This document shows positions 37,301 to 45,339 of a DNA stretch of 64,000 nucleotides, in pieces. Position 1 is the first letter of the stretch. Each line of letters begins with the position of its first letter. The position numbers and the translations under genes are program-made. The stretch covers positions 1-64,000 of IMG/VR virus record IMGVR_UViG_3300021420_000017, one strand, 5' to 3'. The notes under the pieces were generated by a model, which had not been told where the DNA came from, ran no database searches, and saw only the letters and a list, made by a program, of their open reading frames with translations. Source of the DNA: a virus.

Positions 37301-40159
37301 AGTTGGATCGCCAGTGTCAATAGTCGATGGCGCGAGGGTCAGCGAAAGCGATGCCCCTGTGGGTTGATGGCCGAGTTCGATCCGCTTGATGGCTGGCAAC
37401 ACTTGGATGGGTCGATCAGCCACGAGGACGGTGGCGAGTCCGTCTCGCAGAGGATGTCTTGTACTGCCTGCTCCGGCACTGGCGAGCAGGGAACTGGGCA
37501 TGAGTGCTATCAATGTGATGGCACGGGGCTGCGCGAATATCAGAACCCATCAGTCGACAATGCCAATTCAGAAAATGAGCTGCTGGTGGGACGCGACGAT
37601 GGCAACGGCATCAAGCCCGTACTTGCAGCTCGATTTACTCCGGACCAAAGGGTGTTCACCCATACAGATGGCCTAGACCATCGCCTGTTCGACCAGGATG
37701 GACATCTTCGCCCCGAGGTGCGCAGCTACATCATGGGCTCGATCGAGCAGTTCTGGCGAGGTCGCTATCGTGACTGGGCGCACTGGGCGAAGGTCTACTT
37801 TGCTGGCTCAGAGGCTTCCATGTGGACGTCTCCGACACTAGAGGGCAACTCAGATTTCGATGTCCTCGTCGGCGTGGAGTATGACCGGTTCCGTGCGGCT
37901 AATCCGCAGTACGCCGATCTGAGCGACGCCGAGATCTCGGCTCAGATGAACCACGAGTTCGGGGCCGGGCTGAATAACTCCGAGACCTACATCACGGTCG
38001 ACGGAGTGTCTACGGGACCCTGGTCGCGCACGACCTACGTGAACGAAGATTCGTACGATATTAAGCGCATTAAGCCATATGCAGCCTATGATGTCGGCAA
38101 TGACCGCTGGGTCGTCAAGCCACCGGACCTGCCGCACTGGTCAGTCGATGACCTCCCCAAGCCCGTGGTGGCTGAGCTGCGTGCGGTTGAGGCCTACGCG
38201 AAGGCCGTGCTGAAGCTCCCCGAGCCAATGCGTACTCAGCAGGGTGCAGCGCTGTTCGAGCACCTGCACTCTGATCGGTCACGAGCCTTTAGCGATAGAG
38301 GAGAGGGCTGGATCGACCCCGGGAATCTCGCCGAGAAGTGGCTGGATATGGGTGGCTGGTGGGCTGAGCTGGTCGACTGTGCCCACCGAGCCAAGGAAGG
38401 GCTCGACCTCGCTCCCGCTGACTGGTCGAACACGCCGCCCGGCTATACCGCATCTGCTAGCAGTTTGCAGATCACTCATAAGTCTGAGACAAATCCTGAT
38501 GCCGATCCTGATGATGAATATGATAAAGATTGGGTGTTGCATACCATCGTTGGTCATGTGAATGGTCAACAAGTGGGGAAGTTAGAAGTTGATAAGCATC
38601 CTTCCGAGGCGCGAGGCGTCGTATCAGACATAGCTATTCATCCGGATCATCGACGCAAGGGATACGCCACTGCGCTATTGCAACATGCTCGCGAACATCT
38701 GGGTTTCCCGATCGATCATTCAGAGCGACTTACCGATGACGGTAAAGCCTGGTCGGATAAGGTCGGCCATATGGTTAAGTTGCCCAAGACCGAGACCTGT
38801 AAGTACTGCGATCAGCCCGCAACCGGGCGCGTGATCTGGGCAGAGGGTATGGCGTACATCCCAGTTTGTGACGAACATGAGCGGCGTGCGATCGACCATG
38901 TCGGCGACGACTATTGCAACACTCGGCCGATCCCGAAGACTGCGGTGCATCATCAGGCGATGCCATGGCATGAGCAGCGCGGGGGTGAGTCGGCCGAGGA
39001 GGTCGGAGCCAAGTCGGTGCGTCATGCGGGTTTCAAGGGATTTGTTGGGCCGAGTTATGACGATGAAAGCTACGGCGAGACTCACCATGATGGCGAGTTC
39101 GATGAGGATGCTTGGGATCGAGCTGCACCAGAGCCGACTTCGGCAGAGCATGCTCATTATGAACAGCATGACGAGTATCCAGATACTTATCACGAACGTC
39201 ATGAGCAGGCATATGGCCATGAGATCGACAAGAAGCGCCAGGAGGATGTGCCCGATCACGAGGACGACCACTTGCACCACTTCATCAGCGAGCACGGGGC
39301 TGAAGCCCCCGTGTGGACTAAGCACAGCAAGCAGCCAGTCCGAGTTGATCTGACCAAGGGTGTCTATGCGACCCAGAGCCATGTCGGGCAGAAACATATC
39401 GATCGATATTTGGCTGACCCGCATGATCAGGCCTGGCATTTGCAGTCGCATCCTGGCGCAGATAGTGATGGATACCTTGGTAACGGGCACCCGATGTTCG
39501 TCACCCATGAGGGGCGACTTCATGTCACAGAGGGGCATCACCGGGTCGCGGCTGCTCTCCAGCGAGGCGATTCTTCGATCGAGGGCTGGCATCACGATCT
39601 GGACAAGCACCCGATCGCGGAGAACTACCACACCCACGAGCCATGCGAGGACTGTCAGTATCACGCCAGCGGAGACGAGGAGAAGCGCCATTTTGCCTGG
39701 CGTCACATGGGGCTCAGGCGAGACGATCTTTACGGCACGGGCGACGTAGATAAGCTCTTCCACGGCAGCCCGACCACTTCGGCGCCCTTCACCCCTGCTG
39801 GCCGCTCCAAGCGCTATCACGACTATGACAAGGATCTGGTCGCGCAGGCGATCTCACACCCGGAGGATCACCACATGCAGGATGTGGATCCGCGCGAACT
39901 GCGTAGTACCCAGCCCAGCGTGATCCGGGCTGGAGTAAGCCATTACCTCACTGATAAGTACGACAAGACCGGGGAGACGTATGCAGACATGCACCATCCC
40001 GGCAATCGGCGGCCGATCGTCTATCACCGTGAGGCAGATGACAACAAGATCCTTCTGAGTGGACACCACCGTGCCGCTGCTGCTCTACTACAGGGTAAAC
40101 CACTTCAAGCGATCGTCGTGCGAGGCGGTTACGGAGAGCCGAGAGGAGGCACCTCATGA
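34373..40159 (+). CDS. large polyvalent protein: ART-like, GNAT x4-5, Tpt1/KptA-like ART, RelE-like, Zn fingers, nucleotidyltransferase, ParB-like x2
   Basis: IYRS..WVSTS..EFGY; V.P..RRRG.GSAL GNAT motif A repeated; H.S...N..SI..HGL; HPLKG..YRMIH..GAH; CTACSGTG..CYQCDGTG; AGS..DFDV; GHHR twice. GGAGG RBS favours GTG 34373 over 34262. Confidence 0.8.
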   Translation: MVRIEPAPSPQRVPGESTEHFLMRQANWKLDRDSFRRLAGWEDENDADDGRMQHRPADRDGTPIHDMTHNFPSDIYTHPHYYSDMTEPSNQKAHDVINRVRGNPEANVHIYRSLPAEHAHQGFRPGDWVSTSKDYARQHGTHASDPKHDWPVIHTVVKAKDLHTDGDDFREFGYNGDERKPGNVAFKGGYHQEVRDHPDGGVVPVVHRGPTPTKGYTFRNSQQSWDGSAGSAGHITAYAPDESYAGHATYWHGKPDETHIDPDHQHLADELTERMHRMIPKFREASLQVEAVPAPQRAPGESIEHLRARHANWRLDQWALQMLAGADKIEHPYLQVLDHELEDLDDEGLSAQAVQVPPAGLSFTHDDMETGGSKHPIRTHLRAHTPEDGQVGALIYYPPRRRNGVVTIHNLHVEPDQRRRGIGSALMDEVQRRHPDSTLDHGDRTANGEDWWEGYTDGKTVRRGRTALLERVEKLGPIIPVAGVLEGSSTPYDATYQTPDDLHYLHRDPQGVYSRTKAGRLSGFLNWNSQGEVGSVQVHPDYRRHGLASALWEHAKMAEPNLHHSTTLSNDGAAWAEKTAGAEGANYANIRFQKEDGDSHNEYSLFAVHPDHGDVGYLRYSDGGDPAAQVQVHMMRVRPQHRRRGVGSALMDELQRRYPGASIDHGDRTANGDDWWAGYSDGKTVRRGRTAAVSQTHWHVSDSRNRDSIAEHGLDLAHSSDGQHIWLHGDEDEARQYQQMGATRDMHGTPVTKDLYRVDTTGYRTSKEPHGVADIGQRVVKRSIPPERIERIESSLVTRSLLVENVVYEHPRIDPEVLRRGSGVGSVERHVARGAREDPRPDQLLRHAASGECVSSAHFFPGMARDAAGSQQGATEPLSYDPHPQIASDLRLLPDRVQDAFHDRVDGLRSGERHPSTHPLKGKLQGGWHGTSIGGNQYRMIHRVRDGVLQVSAAGAHDDAYNNAIKRQKGTNSYFGSWIASVNSRWREGQRKRCPCGLMAEFDPLDGWQHLDGSISHEDGGESVSQRMSCTACSGTGEQGTGHECYQCDGTGLREYQNPSVDNANSENELLVGRDDGNGIKPVLAARFTPDQRVFTHTDGLDHRLFDQDGHLRPEVRSYIMGSIEQFWRGRYRDWAHWAKVYFAGSEASMWTSPTLEGNSDFDVLVGVEYDRFRAANPQYADLSDAEISAQMNHEFGAGLNNSETYITVDGVSTGPWSRTTYVNEDSYDIKRIKPYAAYDVGNDRWVVKPPDLPHWSVDDLPKPVVAELRAVEAYAKAVLKLPEPMRTQQGAALFEHLHSDRSRAFSDRGEGWIDPGNLAEKWLDMGGWWAELVDCAHRAKEGLDLAPADWSNTPPGYTASASSLQITHKSETNPDADPDDEYDKDWVLHTIVGHVNGQQVGKLEVDKHPSEARGVVSDIAIHPDHRRKGYATALLQHAREHLGFPIDHSERLTDDGKAWSDKVGHMVKLPKTETCKYCDQPATGRVIWAEGMAYIPVCDEHERRAIDHVGDDYCNTRPIPKTAVHHQAMPWHEQRGGESAEEVGAKSVRHAGFKGFVGPSYDDESYGETHHDGEFDEDAWDRAAPEPTSAEHAHYEQHDEYPDTYHERHEQAYGHEIDKKRQEDVPDHEDDHLHHFISEHGAEAPVWTKHSKQPVRVDLTKGVYATQSHVGQKHIDRYLADPHDQAWHLQSHPGADSDGYLGNGHPMFVTHEGRLHVTEGHHRVAAALQRGDSSIEGWHHDLDKHPIAENYHTHEPCEDCQYHASGDEEKRHFAWRHMGLRRDDLYGTGDVDKLFHGSPTTSAPFTPAGRSKRYHDYDKDLVAQAISHPEDHHMQDVDPRELRSTQPSVIRAGVSHYLTDKYDKTGETYADMHHPGNRRPIVYHREADDNKILLSGHHRAAAALLQGKPLQAIVVRGGYGEPRGGTS
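36795..37007 (+). CDS. nested 70-aa ORF in another frame inside the polyvalent gene
   Basis: High GC3 codons in this frame, GGAG RBS at 36781, promoter motif CTTGTTACTCGATC at 36758. Confidence 0.5.
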   Translation: MSTHGSIQKYSAEDLESARLNGMSPEEHAKILDRISYFDTPHPESVCPPHISSREWHAMQRAASKAPQSL

Positions 40160-40395
40160 GTACGAGCTGGTGGATCACCCCTACCCTTATGCTCGGGGCA
40201 CTCCCGGCCAAGATCTACCGCGCCAAGCGTGTGAGCAGTCCTGATGAGGCCCTGTCGGCCGTCCAGGCGGGTTATACCGCAGTGCTGCCTGACGGGGCCT
40301 GGGAGGCCGCGACGCGCGTCCTGCTCGATCTGGGGCTCTCGCGCCACGATGCCGAGGATCGGATCCGCTTCGCTCGTACCGGAGCGACCGCGTGA
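40156..40395 (+). CDS. hypothetical protein
   Basis: GGAGG RBS, ATGA coupling. Confidence 0.65.
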   Translation: MSTSWWITPTLMLGALPAKIYRAKRVSSPDEALSAVQAGYTAVLPDGAWEAATRVLLDLGLSRHDAEDRIRFARTGATA

Positions 40396-40658
40396 GAGAG
40401 TCCTGCGCGATCGTGAGCGTGCGCATTCCGGATGGCCAGATGGAGTCCGTGCGCAGACAGGCGGCCCAAGTCGGGCTCAGTGTGTCGGCCTACATCCGGG
40501 ACATGCTGGTACCCGTCGCGCCGGTGCGTACCTATCAGAATGGCTCTGTCTGGATGAGCGGCCCGTTCCTGGAGCCGCCCATGATCAATGGGGAGCCCTT
40601 GAAAGAGATTGAGTCTGTGAGAGCGGGGTTGAGATGGGGCGTGCCTATCTTGACCTAG
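40392..40658 (+). CDS. ribbon-helix-helix DNA-binding protein
   Basis: IVSVRIPDGQMESVRRQAAQVGLSVSAYIRDML. Confidence 0.7.
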   Translation: MRESCAIVSVRIPDGQMESVRRQAAQVGLSVSAYIRDMLVPVAPVRTYQNGSVWMSGPFLEPPMINGEPLKEIESVRAGLRWGVPILT

Positions 40659-40837
40659 TCGATGTTTCCGAGGTCGCAGATCTGCTCGGGATGAGTCGTC
40701 AGCGCGTGCACCAGATGTGTCTCGCAGAGACCGTGCCGACCCCAGCGGGCTATGTCGGGGCTCGACGGCAACGGGTATGGTATCGCGCTGACATCCTTGC
40801 ATGGCTGGAGCGCCGAGCTGTCGATCGCGTGAGCTAG
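40634..40837 (+). CDS. AlpA/excisionase-like HTH protein
   Basis: DVSEVADLLGMSRQRVHQM..PTP..VWYRADILAW. Confidence 0.7.
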   Translation: MGRAYLDLVDVSEVADLLGMSRQRVHQMCLAETVPTPAGYVGARRQRVWYRADILAWLERRAVDRVS

Positions 40838-40917
40838 AATCTTGGTTGATCGCACGCAGGCGCAAATCTGGTGCGCAGTCACTCCCTCTGTTCCCCCGAG
40901 TAGCCGGAGGCTGCCGC

Positions 40918-41331
40918 ATGTCCCCCGCCCGATTGAACCCTGAGACCGGCCGCAATGAGTACGCGGCAGCCCAGGTCCAGGCCCGCTTCTACGTCCACAA
41001 CGTGAGCCACACTGCAGTCCCGAACGGCAAGAACAATGGCCCCGTCGAGTTGTATCCCACCACGCGCGGCCGGGAGAACAAGACCTGGGCGCAGGCCACC
41101 CCGAGCGGCAACATCAAGCTCACGATCAACGGCAACGCGCTGGAGTGGTTCATGGACCGCCTCGGCAAGGACGTCGCGATCACCTTCGAGGACCGGCCGC
41201 TGATCTGCGCCAAGTGCAAGGGTGAGCTGAGCGGCGACCAGTACGGCAGCACGACCGAGCCCGTGCCCGGCACCGACGGCACGCAGTGGCAGCACCGAGC
41301 CGGATTGTGCTCAGGGAGCGGCAACGCCTGA
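40918..41331 (+). CDS. hypothetical phage protein
   Basis: GGAGG RBS; N..WAQATPSGNIKLTI motif. Confidence 0.65.
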   Translation: MSPARLNPETGRNEYAAAQVQARFYVHNVSHTAVPNGKNNGPVELYPTTRGRENKTWAQATPSGNIKLTINGNALEWFMDRLGKDVAITFEDRPLICAKCKGELSGDQYGSTTEPVPGTDGTQWQHRAGLCSGSGNA

Positions 41332-41993
41332 TGTACCCGGCGGCGCAGACCTATTGGCTGGAACCCACCAAGACGGTCGCAGTGGGTCTGCGCCGCTACA
41401 CATCCCCTCCGTGGGCGACCGGCGAGCCCCGAGACTGTGAGCACGGTTGGCATGACGTCCTGGTCTATATCGGCCGAGATGAGGCCCAGTTCAACGAGCA
41501 TGGCTATCGCGACTCCTGGTCGGAGGCCCCGCAACATGATGATCCCCGCTGGCCAACCCGGTGCGAGCGCTGTGACTATGTCTTTACTGCTGAGGACACC
41601 TGGCAGCCGTGGTCTGAACTGATCTACCAGCAGCCCGGCACGGGCAAGGAGTACGTCATCCATTCGAACCCGGCGTGCTCAGCGCAAGCGGTGGGCGCTC
41701 CACAGGCTGCTCCAGGGGCCTGTTATGACGCCTGGTGGTATCACCGCAAGGGCCCGGATGGGATCTCGCTCGCGGTTGTCTTGCCGAATCAGAATGTCTG
41801 GCTGGTTGACTCCGAGGCCAACAACTGCACGCGCAAGGGTGAGTCACACTATTGCTGGATCCGCAAGGGCGACCCGAAGGCGGGCACGGTGACCGTGGGC
41901 AAGGACGGCAATACGTGCGCGGCCGGAGCGGGATCGATTCAATCAGGGGAATACCACGGGTTTTTGCAGAATGGTGTACTTACGGCCGGATAG
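41331..41993 (+). CDS. Cys/His/Trp-rich hypothetical protein (DUF6527-like C-terminus)
   Basis: TGATG coupling; C..C, HYCW, GSI..YHGFL.NG. Confidence 0.55.
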   Translation: MYPAAQTYWLEPTKTVAVGLRRYTSPPWATGEPRDCEHGWHDVLVYIGRDEAQFNEHGYRDSWSEAPQHDDPRWPTRCERCDYVFTAEDTWQPWSELIYQQPGTGKEYVIHSNPACSAQAVGAPQAAPGACYDAWWYHRKGPDGISLAVVLPNQNVWLVDSEANNCTRKGESHYCWIRKGDPKAGTVTVGKDGNTCAAGAGSIQSGEYHGFLQNGVLTAG

Positions 41994-42033
41994 CAACAGC
42001 CCACGCCGGGAGCCATCTCGACGTGGGCTGTTG
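41994..42033 (+). terminator. hairpin terminator at the convergence of + and - transcription
   Basis: CAACAGCCCACG / CGTGGGCTGTTG 12-bp perfect stem directly after the stop codon. Confidence 0.75.
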
Positions 42034-42058
42034 GTCTGTGGAGTCTCGGTGTTTGAGA

Positions 42059-42211
42059 CTATTTCGAGGGTACGATCTGCACTTGGTAGCCGCCTTCGAC
42101 AGCGACCGCTTTCTCGGCTTCGGCAGTCGTGCGACCTACCCACCCGGTCCAAATCGTCCATTCCTCCTGCGCGGCTGATTCACGGATCTCGACCGTCTAG
42201 ATGCTGTCCAT
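42059..42211 (-). pseudogene. 50-codon gene interrupted by TAG at codon 5
   Basis: ATG GAC AGC ATC TAG ACG GTC GAG ATC...; start coupled to upstream TGA; coding-like codons after the TAG. Confidence 0.55.
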
Positions 42212-42798
42212 CAGTGGGATCCATGAGTTATGGCGCTCGCCAGGATGGCGTACCAGCTCGTTAGATCGATCCCCCCGCTGAGGGCTGTGCGTTGCGCCCC
42301 GTCTTCCTCACCGCGCCGATGACGCATCAAGGCATATTCGATCACCATCTGGTGCTCAGGCGAGTCGTAGCCGAAGCGCTGAGCCCGGGTCATGCCAGCC
42401 TCGACGTCGATCGCGTCCACGTTAACGCCGGGCGTAAGCGGGCTGCCGTCCGAGGTCCGGCCGCGACTTACCGAAGTTATCCGCATGAGCCACGCCTTTT
42501 CCTCGCTGGCTATTAGTTCAGCGGCCAGCGCGGCCCACGCCTCGTTGAGGGTCTCGAACAGGTCGCCGTGGCAGGCATCGCGACCTGTGTTTGTGCGCAC
42601 GTCCCAGCCGCATTCTCGATCGTGCTCGATGCCACCGGGGCAATAGCTGTGATTCGCACCAAACTTGCCCTCGCGCATTGGGTGCGGACCTTCGCAGAAT
42701 GACACCTCACGCGCCCGACCTATTGCGTAGCCACGAGGGTTCGTGACCCACTCGCCGTCCTTGAAGTCGAGCGTGAGCCCGTGTCGGGTGCGCTTCAT
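42211..42798 (-). CDS. hypothetical protein
   Basis: TGATG coupling, codon bias. Confidence 0.7.
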   Translation of the reverse strand: MKRTRHGLTLDFKDGEWVTNPRGYAIGRAREVSFCEGPHPMREGKFGANHSYCPGGIEHDRECGWDVRTNTGRDACHGDLFETLNEAWAALAAELIASEEKAWLMRITSVSRGRTSDGSPLTPGVNVDAIDVEAGMTRAQRFGYDSPEHQMVIEYALMRHRRGEEDGAQRTALSGGIDLTSWYAILASAITHGSH

Positions 42799-43346
42799 CA
42801 GCGAGCTGCGCAGACTGGCCCGAGGCCTCTAACGACTGACTCGGCTGCCTTGAGCATCCGACCGCAGTCCCCGCAGAAGCCGTAGCGTACTGCGAAGTCA
42901 TGGAAGCGGTCCTCGGTCACCTTCCAGGATGAGTCGATCTGCTCCAGGGGAAACGAGCGCCACTCGAACTTCACGAACTCGCCCGCCTTGGTGACCCGTG
43001 TCCCGCCGATCTCGACCAGCAGGCTGGCTCGCATCCCGGCCGCCGTGTTGATGACCTTATGCACCTTGTCAGTGATCGGGTGGATGTAGATACCCGTCTC
43101 AGTGGGTACGTGCAGTTTGTTGGTGTCGGCGAGTTTGGGGAGCGCCTTCAGGTCTTCGATCAGCTCGCTGGCCTGCTTGCTGTTGGCGACCGCGAAGTAA
43201 CGCTCGCGGATTCCGTCAAACTCGACGGAAGGCCGCAGGAAGCGGTCATTGATCAGGTCCACGCAGAACTTGGCCTGCCTGCGGGTCATGCTCGGGTGGT
43301 AAGGCCCGTCGGCCTCGGTTTGCCGGATTGCGCTCATGTTGCTCAT
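42798..43346 (-). CDS. DUF6011-like Zn-binding protein
   Basis: C-terminal CGDCGRML...S...GLGPVC; AGGAGCCATC RBS and own promoter fix the start at 43346. Confidence 0.7.
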   Translation of the reverse strand: MSNMSAIRQTEADGPYHPSMTRRQAKFCVDLINDRFLRPSVEFDGIRERYFAVANSKQASELIEDLKALPKLADTNKLHVPTETGIYIHPITDKVHKVINTAAGMRASLLVEIGGTRVTKAGEFVKFEWRSFPLEQIDSSWKVTEDRFHDFAVRYGFCGDCGRMLKAAESVVRGLGPVCAAR

Positions 43347-43377
43347 GATGGCTCCTAGGTTGTTGGCGACTGAGTCC

Positions 43378-43405
43378 AACCTACCGGCGCGGCGATGAGT
43401 ATCAA
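43378..43405 (-). promoter_or_regulatory. early-type promoter
   Basis: TTGATA-CTC-N13-TAGGTT, then CTCAGTCGCCAA and AGGAGCCATCATG. Confidence 0.8.
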
Positions 43406-43489
43406 GGTCTGCGGTTCTGGCTTTCGTTTTCGATCTCTTGAGCGATATGCCAGCGGGCGGCATCAAGAGTCCAGACCTTGATCGGCTCG

Positions 43490-43926
43490 TCATCGAAGTA
43501 GTAGATCGTCCAGTCGTAGCGACCCCATCGCTTTGTGGTGGCTCGGATGACTCTGCGTTCTTCTCGATGACGCGCGTAGGGCGCGATCTCCCTTGCCGGG
43601 CTCGGGCGTGAATGTGGACTTGGCCTTCTGCCGCCGGAGTTTGCCAACGTGGTAGTTCAGGGCCCGGTAGAGCAGTTTGATGTCGTGCTCATCCAGCTCC
43701 ATCAGGCCACCTCACCCTCACTGTCGTTATACCAAGGACCGGTGATTTGGGCGCTGTGTACCACCTCGACCTCGGCGAACATTTCCAATGCCTTCCCTGT
43801 GCTCCAGAGCATCGTGATTTCGGATTCGGCCTGCCGACGGGAGTAGGCGGTATGAATGTGGTATTGATTCACGAGCATCGAATCGGGGTCGATTACTTTC
43901 ATGCGAATGCCCCAGTAGAGATCCAT
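43490..43926 (-). other. two small coupled genes, 43702-43926 and 43490-43702
   Basis: TGATG couplings and GAGG RBS. Confidence 0.5.
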
Positions 43927-44807
43927 CAGGTCACCTCCTCAGTCGGGTCCAGGCCGATGCCCGCAGCGATCGTGTTGACTGCTTTGAGCACGTTCTGGGC
44001 GGCCGCCTGCAGCACCTCGGGCTTACTGTTGGCCCAGCCTGCGACGTAGCTGATCGAGCTGGCGTCCAGGTCGAGCCCGAGCAGCCCGGCGAGCACGTAG
44101 GCAGCTGATTCGGCTTCGGTCTCGGCCAGGCCCCGGTGGGCCACGTACTCGGCCGAATCCTTGTGCAGGAGTGCGTGCGCCGCCTCGTGCAGTAGTACCG
44201 CGAGCTGGGCATCGATACCGAGCTTGTCACTCAGCGCGATGCGCTTGCCTACGTGGCTGGTGTAGCCCTCCAGGCCGCTCCGGGTCTCCTCGGTTTCGAC
44301 GATCCAGCCCTCCACGGCGAGCCAAGTCTTGAGCAGGTTCAGTTGGAATCCGTGGTCGCTGCTCTCGGGCAGGACGCAACCCTGATCGGGCAGATCATCG
44401 CCCTCTGTTTGGGAGACGTCGAAGACGCTCAGGATGGGGAAGGTTGGGATCTGTGACTCCTCGTCCTCGCCGGTGGCGGGATTGGTCTGTACTACCTTGC
44501 GGCTGGAGTAGCCCAGAATCTTGATGGCCCTCTCGCCCTTGCGGACCTGGCGACCGAACTCCTGCCACTTGCGGAATCCGGCCACGCGGGTGGCGTCCGG
44601 GCGCTGGGTGAGGATCAGCATCTGGTTGTTGAAACTGTACTTGCGGAAGGCTCTTGTGAAGTTCAGGTAGGCGATCCACTCAGCCGAGTTGGACAGGGTG
44701 GTGATCTTGCCGTTCAGGGTCTCCAGCAGCGCCTCGCGCTCGGCGCGGTGTTGCTCGGGGGTCTTGCTCGCTTTCCTGGCGGCGAGACGGGTCTTCATGG
44801 CGGTCAT
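43926..44807 (-). CDS. ardC: ArdC-like antirestriction protein (ssDNA-binding N-domain + zincin metallopeptidase domain)
   Basis: YSFNNQMLI..Q, VAGFRKWQEFGRQVRKGE, VFDVSQTEG, HEAAH..H, ETEAESAAY, SISYVAGW; AGGAGCCATC RBS. Confidence 0.85.
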   Translation of the reverse strand: MTAMKTRLAARKASKTPEQHRAEREALLETLNGKITTLSNSAEWIAYLNFTRAFRKYSFNNQMLILTQRPDATRVAGFRKWQEFGRQVRKGERAIKILGYSSRKVVQTNPATGEDEESQIPTFPILSVFDVSQTEGDDLPDQGCVLPESSDHGFQLNLLKTWLAVEGWIVETEETRSGLEGYTSHVGKRIALSDKLGIDAQLAVLLHEAAHALLHKDSAEYVAHRGLAETEAESAAYVLAGLLGLDLDASSISYVAGWANSKPEVLQAAAQNVLKAVNTIAAGIGLDPTEEVT

Positions 44808-45031
44808 GATGGCTCCTCGGTGGTACGTGGCGACGATGCAGACGATGTGGTTCCGAACTTGTGCAGCCAGATCTCTTGCTCGATGTAGGCGCGGGTGGCC
44901 CCGCCGGTCTTGGTGTCGAAGTGCCCGCACGAGCAGGTGGCGTCATAGCCCCACTGCCCGCGCATCCTGGTTGTATGTCTGATGCGCTCGCTCCCGGCGT
45001 AGACCCACCAGCGGATGTTGTGGGCGGCCAT
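44804..45031 (-). CDS. small Zn-binding phage protein
   Basis: MRGQWGYDATCSCGHFDTKTGGA. Confidence 0.65.
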   Translation of the reverse strand: MAAHNIRWWVYAGSERIRHTTRMRGQWGYDATCSCGHFDTKTGGATRAYIEQEIWLHKFGTTSSASSPRTTEEPS

Positions 45032-45279
45032 CAGTAGTGCATCGGTCCGGAGCATAGCCACGCAGCCATACCATGCTCGCAGGTGGCCTCGGTCATGGCC
45101 ATGAGTTCGGCCAGATCGGCAGTGCCTATGCCTGGGCAGCGGTAGTAGTTGGTGTTGAGTGCCCGGTAGATGTGGGGGTCGTGGGCCTCGTAGGTATCGC
45201 AGAAGGCGTCCGGCCGGGGCTGGTCCATCTCTGGGATGAAGGTGTCGTAGTCCTCTTCGTACTCGGCGATCTCGCTCAT
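45031..45279 (-). CDS. small Cys/His protein
   Basis: Own promoter and RBS; CEHG..LC.GP.HY. Confidence 0.7.
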   Translation of the reverse strand: MSEIAEYEEDYDTFIPEMDQPRPDAFCDTYEAHDPHIYRALNTNYYRCPGIGTADLAELMAMTEATCEHGMAAWLCSGPMHY

Positions 45280-45311
45280 GATGGCTCCTATTCGTTTGGC
45301 GACTGAGGACA

Positions 45312-45339
45312 ACTCTACCGGACGGTGATCGAGTAACAA
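45312..45339 (-). promoter_or_regulatory. early-type promoter (leftward of a divergent pair)
   Basis: TTGTTA-CTC-N13-TAGAGT, CTCAGTCGCCAA, AGGAGCCATCATG. Confidence 0.8.

Noticed and set aside
86-39820. Long antisense ORFs (86-1645, 3677-4471, 4152-5294, 11914-12768, 18560-19315, 20487-21122, 23727-24524, 38720-39820)
   Set aside because: They shadow well-supported plus-strand genes; high GC3 suppresses stops on the opposite strand; no motifs or RBS.
42197-42199. Genome-wide TAG reassignment suggested by the in-frame amber
   Set aside because: Many core genes (dnaE, terL, sigma-like, 9768 gene) end in TAG exactly at the next gene boundary.
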